Assembly (NCBI GenBank): GCA_964371245.1
Contig: CAYJKP010000002.1
Span: forward strand, 102,960-166,959
Direction of reading: 5' to 3'
Length of the DNA stretch: 64,000 bases
Source of the DNA: an uncultured Gammaproteobacteria bacterium
GTDB lineage: Bacteria > Patescibacteriota > Patescibacteriia > JAHIZJ01
Positions 9,070 to 17,893 of this stretch are shown here, piece after piece. The position numbers were made by a program, and so were the translations under genes. Within the stretch, counting starts at the first letter, position 1. The number at the start of each line of letters is the position of its first letter. Below the pieces are notes generated by a model. That model was not told the DNA's origin, searched no databases, and saw nothing but the letters and a program-made list of their open reading frames with translations.

Positions 9070-9897
9070 TTACTTGCCAATGATCGCTTTTACCTGGGCT
9101 TCAAGCGACGCGTATGAAACTGCGCCACCGAGCTCGGTTCCGTTCAAGAAATTCCCCGGCGTACCCTGGACACCGTTGCTCGTTCCGACGGTCGTATCGT
9201 TTGTGACGACGCTGGCCGTTGTCTTATTGGTGATACAATCATTAAATTGTGTCGCGTTCAAGCCAAGATCCTTGGCAATCTGTTTGTACAGATCGGTGCC
9301 AAGCGTCGCCTGATTTTCATACAACTTGTCGCTATATTGCCAGAAAACGTCGTTGCCTTTTTGTTTGGCGGCACACTCGGCGGCAATGGCGGCCGGCGTC
9401 GCCTCAGGGTGAAAGCTCAGTGGAAAATTCTTGAACACCCAGCGGACATCATTCGGATATGCCTTCATCAGCTGTACCATCGTTTCATGAAACTTCTCGC
9501 AATACGGGCATTGGAAGTCCGACCATTCGAGAATCGTCACTTTGGCGTCTTTGTTGCCACGAACATGGTCCGTGTCGGCAATGGCATAGTCGGTGGTCAG
9601 TGGCGCGCTCGGTGCGGAATTTGTATTGGTGTTGGCATTTGCACCGGCGACTACCTTGTTGGCGTTGTTCGTGTTGCTATTTTTTGCGGCTGTTTCGGGG
9701 AAACCGCCTTTAAAATATACGCCCAGCATGATAAAAAATCCGATTGAAAACAAAAGCATCATTCCGCCGACTAAACCAAAGATAAAGCTGGCTTTGGCAG
9801 ATAAGTTGGCGAAAATGCCTTTTACGCCTGATGGGCCAGACGGATTTTCTGGTCGGTCTTGACCGTGATAACCTTCAGCATATTGCATAGTACGCAT
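9070..9897 (-). CDS. DsbA-family thiol:disulfide oxidoreductase, membrane-anchored (second copy)
   Basis: 275 aa. TM (FIFGLVGGMMLLFSIGFFIMLGVYF), then ILEWSDFQCPYCEKFH (CPYC active site). Confidence 0.7.
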   Translation of the reverse strand: MRTMQYAEGYHGQDRPENPSGPSGVKGIFANLSAKASFIFGLVGGMMLLFSIGFFIMLGVYFKGGFPETAAKNSNTNNANKVVAGANANTNTNSAPSAPLTTDYAIADTDHVRGNKDAKVTILEWSDFQCPYCEKFHETMVQLMKAYPNDVRWVFKNFPLSFHPEATPAAIAAECAAKQKGNDVFWQYSDKLYENQATLGTDLYKQIAKDLGLNATQFNDCITNKTTASVVTNDTTVGTSNGVQGTPGNFLNGTELGGAVSYASLEAQVKAIIGK

Positions 9898-10075
9898 TCT
9901 CCTTTAAATTAAGAGTTAAGCGGCGTAACTAATTGTTTATAGTACGTGAATTTTATTAACTTGTCAAATAGATTTTTCTCCACAGTCCGCCTGTTTGCCA
10001 AACCCTCAGCTCACTTTCAGCTTTCGTATAAAAAAATAACAAAAAATGAGCCCGCATTAACATTTTTTGTTTGAG

Positions 10076-10609
10076 TTACTTTTTACGATACTTACGTATG
10101 ACGATAACAATTGCCGCCGCGCCGAGTAACGGCCAGACGATCATGAAAATGGTAAGATACAGCGTGCTCTTTTTTTGCAGGCCATTACCCTCCTGTTCAG
10201 GGTGCGCCAGATACTCATAATATCGGTCAAGGACTTCCTGGGGTGAATCGCAACGCACGGCTTGGCACTGAATGATTGTGTTCTCAATCTCGCTTGTGAT
10301 GGCGGCGCTATACCCGACATATACGTTTTTTCCGGCAAAGACGGTCGGCGTCTGTCGACTCGGCATCTGATAGAGTGTCAGTAGATCTTCAAAAATTGCC
10401 CGGTTATCTGAATCTGTGCTCACGTCAAAGGTCGCTAAAATGATACCATATTTATTTTTGAAGCCGGACAGCGTATCGTCCATCGATTGGCAGCTCGGGC
10501 AACCGCTTTCATAGAAATAAAATACTTCCACCGTTTCTTTCGCCTGGGCGGGTCGAACTGAGAGTGCCGCCGCCACGACGATGAGACTGATGAGTAGGTA
10601 TTTCTTCAT
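10076..10609 (-). CDS. Exported thioredoxin-like CxxC protein with a C-terminal TM anchor
   Basis: 177 aa. Signal peptide MKKYLLISLIVVAAALSVRPAQA, CPSC motif (VFYFYESGCPSCQ), C-terminal TM LYLTIFMIVWPLLGAAAIVIVI followed by RKYRKK. Confidence 0.55.
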   Translation of the reverse strand: MKKYLLISLIVVAAALSVRPAQAKETVEVFYFYESGCPSCQSMDDTLSGFKNKYGIILATFDVSTDSDNRAIFEDLLTLYQMPSRQTPTVFAGKNVYVGYSAAITSEIENTIIQCQAVRCDSPQEVLDRYYEYLAHPEQEGNGLQKKSTLYLTIFMIVWPLLGAAAIVIVIRKYRKK

Positions 10610-10610
10610 C

Positions 10611-12290
10611 TTAAAAACGGACTACTTGTTTAGGTTGCAGTGGATGCGTCTGGTCGTTCCGGCGAGGCGGTTGCGTTGGCTGAGGCCTCGGTCGCTGGTT
10701 ATTGTTCGGCTTATTCTTGGGACGTTGGTTCGGTGCGGGTGGCGGACCGGGACGTTTCATTTGCTTAAACAATACCGGCTCTTGCTTGAGCGCCGTCTGC
10801 AAGCTGATCGCCTGTGGGACCGCCGGCCCGTCTTCGACAATTTGAACGCCCGTTTCTTCGTCAGCATCGTTGCTGGCCAGATTTATTCTCACCCGTTGAT
10901 GATCACCGTTTGGTCTCGGCTGGACGTCGTTCCGCGGTCGACTGTTGGCTGGGGTCGTCTCGTTCTGGTCTTCATCATCGTCGCCGTTCTCGGTCGGTTC
11001 AATGCCGGCCCAACGGGATATTTTTTCCTCAACCACTTGGCGGGCGGTTGAATACCGTTCCCGGGAAACCTTGATAATTTTTTCATGAGTCTCTTCTGCC
11101 TCGGCCGTATAGAGCGGTGGCAGCCCTCGGGCGGAAAACGGCTCCGAGGCAACGCCATCAATCATGAGCTTGAGATACATTTCAAACTTGGTCAGATTAA
11201 CAAGATCGTTTTGCATGAAAACAGGCTCGAACTCCTTTTCGAGAAACTCAGCGTCAGCGGCGCCCACCCGGAAACAGACTAAGGTACCGACGTTCCCGAA
11301 AACCGCCGCCTGAACCGTTTCATCAAGCTGCTCAATATATTGATGGGCAATAATCAGATCAAGCCGATATTTTCGGGCTTCGGACAGGATATTCGCAAAG
11401 CTTTCCGTGGCAAAATTCTGAAACTCATCGACGTACAGAAAGAAATCGCGGCGCTCTAATTCCGGCATATCGACCCGACTCATCGCGGCGAGCTGGAGTT
11501 TTGTGATCATCATCGCGCCAAGCAAGGCCGCATTATCCTCGCCAATCCGTCCTTTTGACAGATTCAGCAAGAGGATTTTCCCGCTGTCCATAATATCGCG
11601 CATGTCAATCGAGCTTTTTGTTTGACCGACAATATTTCGGATGATCGAGCTCGATAAAAATTGCCCGACTTTGTTCTGGATCGGAGAAATCGCCTCGGTC
11701 CGAAATTGATTGCTATAAGCGGCATATTCATCAAGCCAAAACGCCTTGAGGATCGGATCGGTTAGGCGGGTGACAACTTTTTTTCGGTATTTGTTATCGA
11801 CGAGCAGACGAGTGATGCCGAGCAGAGTTGAGCCGGGGTACTCAAGCAACGATAAAACCGTGTTACGGAGTACATACTCCAACCGCGGGCCCCAGGAGTC
11901 CGCCCAGATTTTTTTGAAAACGCCCACCAATCCCGAGGCCACGAGGTGTCGGTGAACGGGATTCACGGATTCCAGGACGTTAAAGGCGATCGGATAATCA
12001 ATATCAGCCGGATTGAAATAGATCACGTCGTTCGTTCGATTAGCCGGAATAAAATCAAGGAGTTTTTCGACCAGGTCGCCGTGCGGATCCACGACCGCGA
12101 GCCCGTGACCGGCCTGGATGTCGGAAACGATCATGTTCTCGAGCAGCGTCGTTTTTCCCATTCCGGTTTTTCCGATGACATACATGTGCCGGCGCCGATC
12201 ATCCAGTTTAATGCCAAAACGCCGTTTTTGATTACGGAAGTTTGTTTCTCCAAAAAGGGTAATATAGTTTTTTGGCTCGGGCATTGTCAT
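10611..12290 (-). CDS. TrwB/TraD/VirD4-like P-loop ATPase (type IV coupling-protein family) with no obvious TM segment and a Pro/Gln-rich C-terminal tail
   Basis: 559 aa. Walker A plus family motif HMYVIGKTGMGKTTLLENMI...LAVVDPHGDL (TrwB has ...GATGTGKS...IVDPNGD). Walker B FFLYVDEFQNF. LIIAHQYIEQL Q-motif. Low-complexity PPAPNQRPKNKPNNNQRPRPQPTQPP tail. Confidence 0.55.
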   Translation of the reverse strand: MTMPEPKNYITLFGETNFRNQKRRFGIKLDDRRRHMYVIGKTGMGKTTLLENMIVSDIQAGHGLAVVDPHGDLVEKLLDFIPANRTNDVIYFNPADIDYPIAFNVLESVNPVHRHLVASGLVGVFKKIWADSWGPRLEYVLRNTVLSLLEYPGSTLLGITRLLVDNKYRKKVVTRLTDPILKAFWLDEYAAYSNQFRTEAISPIQNKVGQFLSSSIIRNIVGQTKSSIDMRDIMDSGKILLLNLSKGRIGEDNAALLGAMMITKLQLAAMSRVDMPELERRDFFLYVDEFQNFATESFANILSEARKYRLDLIIAHQYIEQLDETVQAAVFGNVGTLVCFRVGAADAEFLEKEFEPVFMQNDLVNLTKFEMYLKLMIDGVASEPFSARGLPPLYTAEAEETHEKIIKVSRERYSTARQVVEEKISRWAGIEPTENGDDDEDQNETTPANSRPRNDVQPRPNGDHQRVRINLASNDADEETGVQIVEDGPAVPQAISLQTALKQEPVLFKQMKRPGPPPAPNQRPKNKPNNNQRPRPQPTQPPRRNDQTHPLQPKQVVRF

Positions 12291-12293
12291 AGG

Positions 12294-13814
12294 CTAGGCA
12301 AAAGGCAAATTGGGTGGCGGTTGACCAGCCGGCGGTTTCGATGGTTCGGCCGGAGGCGGGGTGGCTGGGACAGCAGTCGGCGGCACAGCAAAAGGCGGCG
12401 GTGTTTGCGGCTGGGGCGTAGCCGGCAGAGCTGCTGGTGGCGCCTGTTGAGGTTGCGTCGGCAGGGAGGTTGGCGGTGGCGCGGCCGGGGTGACAGATGG
12501 CTGGAAGGGCCGAAACGGTGAGCCAAATTCATGCATCGGTAAGCCGGCCGGCGGTTCGCCGCGTTTGCTTTCGATCTTGCTCACCAGAGGCGCTTTCACG
12601 GTTAAAACCGGGAAGTGGAAAATGGTCGCCAGCTCCTCGATATTCATAATAATACCTTTTCCGGCCAGGCGCTGTTTATAGGTTTTCATCAACCGCCGCT
12701 GACGACGGGCCAGGCGAGCTTTATTAAAGAAGATGAAATTACTTTTTGTAAAAGTAACCTTGTCAGGCTTGAAGCTGTTCATATTCACGGTCGCGAATTG
12801 ATTTAAGGCACCAAAAATTGCGTTGATACCAGTTCCTTTGTTCGTCAGCGCCTTTTCAGCCAAATAGCAATAGCGGAATTTCGTTTCATAGGCACGCTTC
12901 GCCATTTTCACCTGCATCGCTTCAACAATCCCCTTTTCGCCGGGCGTCAGCTGCATCATCCAGTTTTTCGGCTTAGTCTGTTCCGGCCTGGTTTCGCCCG
13001 GGGCAAAGAGCGAGGCAGTCAAGGTTTCATAGGTTCCCTTGGCTACTCCACCGACCGGCCCGAGGAGTGGCTTGGCTTTGCTTTGTTCACCGATCATTTT
13101 ATTGATAATTGTACGGCCTTGCTCCATCCAGCCAGTCGAATCAATCGGCCGGATAACAAGCTGGATCCAAATCTGCTCGCCCTGCCTGAGCTTGCCTAAT
13201 ATTTCCAGCAAGCCCGCCATCGGATCAGCAAGCTGTTGCGACAAGCTGTGCTCAAAATCGACATAGGTGCGGATTGGAAACGCATTCGGCTTTGAAAACA
13301 CAATGCTCGATCCGTAGAGATCATATTTATCGTTCGGGAATTTATCCGGTGAGCCTTTCGTATAATCATCGACCTCGGTAATAACGGAGTCGGGATATTG
13401 GGCATAGAAAGCGGACTCGACCAGATCACGGAACTGCACCGGCGTCCGGATCATAAATTGAATATATCCGCTGATGCTGGCCAGCTCGAGACTAAGGGTT
13501 AACTGGACCTTCCCTTTAAAATATTTCTCGATAATGTTCGGTTTTGAGAGTATGCCCGAAAACTGCGCGTAGATTTGTTCAATCGCTTTCAGATTCGGCT
13601 CGATTTCCCGCGGGACGTCAATGGCCAAGAGGACAAACTTCTGCGAGGCGATAAATCTTTGTTTGAGCGTCAGCTGCCAATACGAAATGCCGATGACAAA
13701 GATTGAGGCGACTAACATCACCCACCCGCCACTAATAAAAAACTGCCAGAAGTAACCGAAGGGCAGGAGACTCCCAATAACTGAAGGCTCACTGACGTCA
13801 ATCACGAATGGCAT
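12294..13814 (-). CDS. Membrane protein partner of the TrwB-like ATPase (hypothetical; N-terminal TM, Pro-rich C-terminal tail)
   Basis: Start moved to MPFVID (ATG complement at 13812-13814) so it does not overlap the upstream gene. TM helix GGWVMLVASIFVIGISYW. C-terminus is about 80 aa of P/A/T/Q-rich low complexity. Confidence 0.45.
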   Translation of the reverse strand: MPFVIDVSEPSVIGSLLPFGYFWQFFISGGWVMLVASIFVIGISYWQLTLKQRFIASQKFVLLAIDVPREIEPNLKAIEQIYAQFSGILSKPNIIEKYFKGKVQLTLSLELASISGYIQFMIRTPVQFRDLVESAFYAQYPDSVITEVDDYTKGSPDKFPNDKYDLYGSSIVFSKPNAFPIRTYVDFEHSLSQQLADPMAGLLEILGKLRQGEQIWIQLVIRPIDSTGWMEQGRTIINKMIGEQSKAKPLLGPVGGVAKGTYETLTASLFAPGETRPEQTKPKNWMMQLTPGEKGIVEAMQVKMAKRAYETKFRYCYLAEKALTNKGTGINAIFGALNQFATVNMNSFKPDKVTFTKSNFIFFNKARLARRQRRLMKTYKQRLAGKGIIMNIEELATIFHFPVLTVKAPLVSKIESKRGEPPAGLPMHEFGSPFRPFQPSVTPAAPPPTSLPTQPQQAPPAALPATPQPQTPPPFAVPPTAVPATPPPAEPSKPPAGQPPPNLPFA

Positions 13815-13851
13815 AAAACATACGTATAATTGTGGTTTAGGTGTTTGTTTC

Positions 13852-15030
13852 TTACGACTGGACTGGTTCGGCTGGCGCTTTCTCAGCGAGACGGAAGTGT
13901 CCATCCGATGTTTTCGTAAACCGTTTCTGATCGGTTAGCGCTAAATGAATGGTATTTTTTTTCACCAGCCGCTGCTTCAGGACCGCTTCGACGATTTGTT
14001 CGCGGCTCAGCGGCTCTGACGACTTCTTTAATATTTCGACGATAACGTCAGCGACGACGCCCGGCTTGTACCCCCATTCTTTCAGGGCATAAATGCCACG
14101 GCCGACGAGGACATAGCGGTCATTCAATATCAATTCGTTGTGGATGGTCGGTGGGTAGGCTTTTCGGTTGTCAAAATGAATTTTATTAATCCGTTCGGCA
14201 ATCTTCGTAAAATGCATCGGCTTGCCTTCTTTTTTCAGAATCAAGTATATCTTATCGTTCATCCGCCGCGGTACGATCGTGCCCCATTCGCTTAAGCCGT
14301 AGTCGCCAAAGGGATTGCGACTAATTTTCTGGCTCATGGTGGCGTACCCGATGAGTGCCTGGTCGTTCGCCTCCGGCTCGCTTGGCCCGGCTGGGTGCTT
14401 CTGCCGGTAGGATTGGATCAATTCTTTTTCAGTCATCGGCTCGCCCTTGGCCGTAATGTTGGCGACCAGCCGGTCGATCACCTGACGCACCTGCTCAAGC
14501 GAACAGGTCGGAAGATACCAGGAAGCGCAAAAATAATCATTCTCTGGCTGGGCGATGAATTGCTTCGTCAACAGCCGAGAGAGGATGAACATCACCGACT
14601 GCCGGGCGATCGGCGTATCAGTCGAAAATTCAAAAAGTTGCTCGAGGAGTCGATCTTTTGAGATAGCCCCGCCGTCCCGTTCGATCACGGTTTTAATCGT
14701 TTGATCAATCGGCTCGATCAGTTCCCGAAAGTTCTTTAAACCGCGAATTTTTTTCACGGCTGTGCTTTCGATTTGCCGGATCCGTTCTCGAGTCAAGTTA
14801 TAGAATTGGCCGATTTCCTCCAACGTCTGCTTTGTTTTGCCATTCAACCCATACCGGCGTCGCAAGACGTCTTCTTCTTTGTTCGTGAGCAATTTCAAGA
14901 GCGCAGCCACTGCCTCGGGCGGGTTGAATTCGCGCATTTGTTCAGTCTGCTTGCTGAGAATTACTTTGTCGAGAATTGAATCTTCCATAAAAATGTATTT
15001 TTTTCCCAAATATTGAAGCAAAAACGGCAA
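13852..15030 (-). CDS. Protein with an N-terminal sigma70 region-4-like HTH and a long C-terminal domain (hypothetical regulator)
   Basis: 392 aa. LRRRYGLNGKTKQTLEEIGQFYNLTRERIRQIESTAVKKIRGL matches the sigma70 region 4.2 HTH consensus. The remaining 300 aa are unassigned. Confidence 0.45.
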   Translation of the reverse strand: MPFLLQYLGKKYIFMEDSILDKVILSKQTEQMREFNPPEAVAALLKLLTNKEEDVLRRRYGLNGKTKQTLEEIGQFYNLTRERIRQIESTAVKKIRGLKNFRELIEPIDQTIKTVIERDGGAISKDRLLEQLFEFSTDTPIARQSVMFILSRLLTKQFIAQPENDYFCASWYLPTCSLEQVRQVIDRLVANITAKGEPMTEKELIQSYRQKHPAGPSEPEANDQALIGYATMSQKISRNPFGDYGLSEWGTIVPRRMNDKIYLILKKEGKPMHFTKIAERINKIHFDNRKAYPPTIHNELILNDRYVLVGRGIYALKEWGYKPGVVADVIVEILKKSSEPLSREQIVEAVLKQRLVKKNTIHLALTDQKRFTKTSDGHFRLAEKAPAEPVQS

Positions 15031-15170
15031 TGAACGATATTACTATACTTTTGGTACTCTGTCAACAATATTTCTCCTCTATCATTAGTATAGCATAACA
15101 TTGATAAAGTGTCAAGCTTTTGTATTCAAATATAAAATTGCCTTCTTGGCAACTTGAATATCAGACTTTC

Positions 15171-16079
15171 CTATCTTGCTTGGCGCCGCGTTTTCAATTT
15201 TTGCCAAACCACCAGGAGCGGGCTGGCCACAAAGATCGATGAATACGTTCCGGCGATGATTCCGATGATCATGGCAAAGACAAACCACCGAATAGAGTCG
15301 CCGCCGAAAAAATAGAGGGCGGTAAGGACGAAGAGTGTGGTTAATGATGTGTTGAGTGAGCGAGCCAGAGTCTGGTTGATCGCTTGATTGATTGTTTCCT
15401 CAAAATTATTGGCCGCGCCACGCAACATATTTTCCCTGATTCGATCGAAGACGACGATCGTGTCATGGACGGAAAAGCCAAGGATCGTTAAGAGGGCGGT
15501 GATAAAGAGCGCGCCCACCTCAACCTGATAGACGTAGCCGAGAAAAGCGTAGACGCCGAGAATGACAATCATATCGTGCACCAAGGCGATCACGGCTGCC
15601 ACGCCCATAACCCAGCTCGGGATGATCGTCGTTTTTGATATTTTCCGAAAAGCGATGGTGATATAGATGATGATTCCAAGCATGACAAAAATTACGGCTT
15701 GGACGGCGCGGGACTGTAATTCCTTGCCGATCGTCGGTCCAACCGATTCAAAGCTTTCTTCTTGAACATTGCCATAGGCCTGGTTCAGTCCATCAAGGAG
15801 GGCGGCCCGTTTCTCATTATCGATTGTTTGGGATCGGATCGTTATTCCTTGATCTCCCGAGGGTTGGATGGACTCGGTTGGCAAACCTAGCTCTTTTAGT
15901 TTTGCTTGGAGATCCTGGGGACTCGGTCGATTGGCAGAAAAATTTAGCTGCCAGATCGTACCACCAGTGAAATCAATATTCGGTTTCAGGCCGCCAAGAG
16001 AAAGGAAAACGATACCAGGAACAAGAATGATGCCTGAGAGCACGAACCACCAATATTTTCTTTGGATAATTCGATACAT
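15171..16079 (-). CDS. secF: Protein translocase subunit SecF
   Basis: 302 aa with six TM helices and a SecD/SecF family C-terminal TM bundle. Adjacent to secD. Confidence 0.85.
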   Translation of the reverse strand: MYRIIQRKYWWFVLSGIILVPGIVFLSLGGLKPNIDFTGGTIWQLNFSANRPSPQDLQAKLKELGLPTESIQPSGDQGITIRSQTIDNEKRAALLDGLNQAYGNVQEESFESVGPTIGKELQSRAVQAVIFVMLGIIIYITIAFRKISKTTIIPSWVMGVAAVIALVHDMIVILGVYAFLGYVYQVEVGALFITALLTILGFSVHDTIVVFDRIRENMLRGAANNFEETINQAINQTLARSLNTSLTTLFVLTALYFFGGDSIRWFVFAMIIGIIAGTYSSIFVASPLLVVWQKLKTRRQAR

Positions 16080-17743
16080 TAGTGAAATATACCAAGTAAT
16101 CGTTTATGCTTAACCAGCCACTCGCCCGCCAACAGCCGTAACAGCGTGCGCGTAACCGTGATGGCCGTGAACATGCTGACGAGAATGCCGATCGCCAGTG
16201 TCAGAGCAAAACCTTTAATCAAGCTGGTTCCAAACCAGGTCAGAATCAAACAGGTGATCAAACTGGACGCGTTCGAATCGCGGATCGACAGCCAGGCGCG
16301 CCGGAAACCCTCTTCGATCGCGCTCGCCAACGGTTTTCCAAGGCGGATTTCTTCCTTTAAACGCTCGAAGATCAAGACATTCGCGTCAACCGCCATGCCA
16401 ATAGATAAGATGAATCCGGCCACACCAGCCAGGGTGAGCGTAACAGGCCAAAGTTTAAAAATCGCCAACGAAATAAGCGAATAGATTCCCAGAGCGATAA
16501 TCGCCAGCAAGCCCGGGAAGCGATAATAGACAATCATGAAAAAGGCGACTAACGCAATCCCGATCAAGCCGGCAAACAAGCTTTTTTGAACGGATAATTT
16601 TCCCAGCGAAGCGCCGATATTCTGTTGGTTGACTAGGCTAATCGGCACCGGCAGCGCGCCGGAGTTCAACCGTTGGGCCAGGGTTTTGGCCTCGTCGAGC
16701 GTGAAGGTACCGGTAATAACCGCTTCACCAGAATCGATTTCCGTTTCCACCCGCGGCGTGCTGATCGGCGAGCCGTCAAGATAAATGGCCACGATCTTGC
16801 CCACATTCCGCTTGGTAATTTCACCAAAGAGTTTCTTCCCTTCGTCGTTAAAAACCAGCGTCACTTGCGGCGCGCTCGTATTCGGATCAAATTGGACATC
16901 GGCCCGCTTGAGCTGTTTGCCGGTCAGTCCGGTATTCACAAACTCGGGCGTAGTCGAAGCCTCGGTTGACTCTTTCGTAAACAAAATGTGGCTGGCCTGG
17001 TCTTCAACTGTTTTTTGATCGCCCTCACCCGTTGTGCGCTCGTCGGTTTTCTTAATGATATGCCAACCGTAGCTGGTTTCGACCAGCTGCGGATAAGTTT
17101 CACCGACCTTCATATTATCAAAAACGACGTTTTCAAATTCGGCCACCATTGTCCCTTTAGCGAAATAACCAAGGTCGCCGCCAGTCTCGCTCGTGGAAGT
17201 ATCTTGGGAATACTGTTTCGCCAGCGCCGCAAAATCTGCATTTGGCGCCAAGGCCAATTGTAATACTTCCTCGGCTTTTTTCTTTTGTTCGGCATTTAAG
17301 GCCTCGATCGCCTTTTTTTGTTCGTCGGTCAGTGGTTCAGGCGCCTTCTCTTCGCGGAACTCGAGCAGCGGGGTTTCGCCGATCCGCTTGATCGCATCAT
17401 TGATATCAAAAACGCCGGCAATCTCCACAATCACCCGCCACTTGCCACCGACTTGGCTGGTTTGGATAACCGGCTCAGACACCCCAAACGCATTGATCCG
17501 GCGCTCAATCACGTCGCGCACTCCATCAACGGCGTTCTTCTGGTCGGCTTTTTGGAGCTGCGAAACATCCGCTTCGTAGACTAGCCGCGACCCGCCCTGG
17601 AGATCAAGGCCGAGCTGAACGTTGCCCCGAACCCAATTGCCGATTTTCAGATCCGGACTCTTCGGAAAATCAAAATAGCCGGCGGCTAAAGCCAGCGCGA
17701 GAATAATACCGAATGTCATCCAAACCTTCTTCCGTGGAGTCAT
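16079..17743 (-). CDS. secD: Protein translocase subunit SecD carrying an inserted parvulin-like (PpiC-type) PPIase domain
   Basis: 554 aa. SecD P1 motif GLDLQGGSRLVY and C-terminal TM core. The roughly 130-aa insert contains ADFAALAKQYSQDTSTSETGGDLGYFAKGTMVAEFENVVFDNMKVGETYPQLVETSYGWHIIKK, which matches the parvulin/PrsA signature. Confidence 0.85.
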   Translation of the reverse strand: MTPRKKVWMTFGIILALALAAGYFDFPKSPDLKIGNWVRGNVQLGLDLQGGSRLVYEADVSQLQKADQKNAVDGVRDVIERRINAFGVSEPVIQTSQVGGKWRVIVEIAGVFDINDAIKRIGETPLLEFREEKAPEPLTDEQKKAIEALNAEQKKKAEEVLQLALAPNADFAALAKQYSQDTSTSETGGDLGYFAKGTMVAEFENVVFDNMKVGETYPQLVETSYGWHIIKKTDERTTGEGDQKTVEDQASHILFTKESTEASTTPEFVNTGLTGKQLKRADVQFDPNTSAPQVTLVFNDEGKKLFGEITKRNVGKIVAIYLDGSPISTPRVETEIDSGEAVITGTFTLDEAKTLAQRLNSGALPVPISLVNQQNIGASLGKLSVQKSLFAGLIGIALVAFFMIVYYRFPGLLAIIALGIYSLISLAIFKLWPVTLTLAGVAGFILSIGMAVDANVLIFERLKEEIRLGKPLASAIEEGFRRAWLSIRDSNASSLITCLILTWFGTSLIKGFALTLAIGILVSMFTAITVTRTLLRLLAGEWLVKHKRLLGIFH

Positions 17744-17893
17744 ACTAAAGAATTATAGCATATAGAATATATTTCACAACCGGCCAATAATCTGGAGATT
17801 TTTACGTTTTCTTAACGATACCAGTAACCGCATCCACCCCGGCATGCGCCGGGGCAGGCTTCCACCCATTCCAAAGTTTTGTTTCCTTAATAA

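Noticed and set aside
10581-11282. Plus-strand ORFs (10581-11051, 10814-11074, 11085-11282) opposite the TrwB-like ATPase gene
   Set aside because: Shadow ORFs with Arg-rich composition, fully contained in a motif-supported minus-strand gene.
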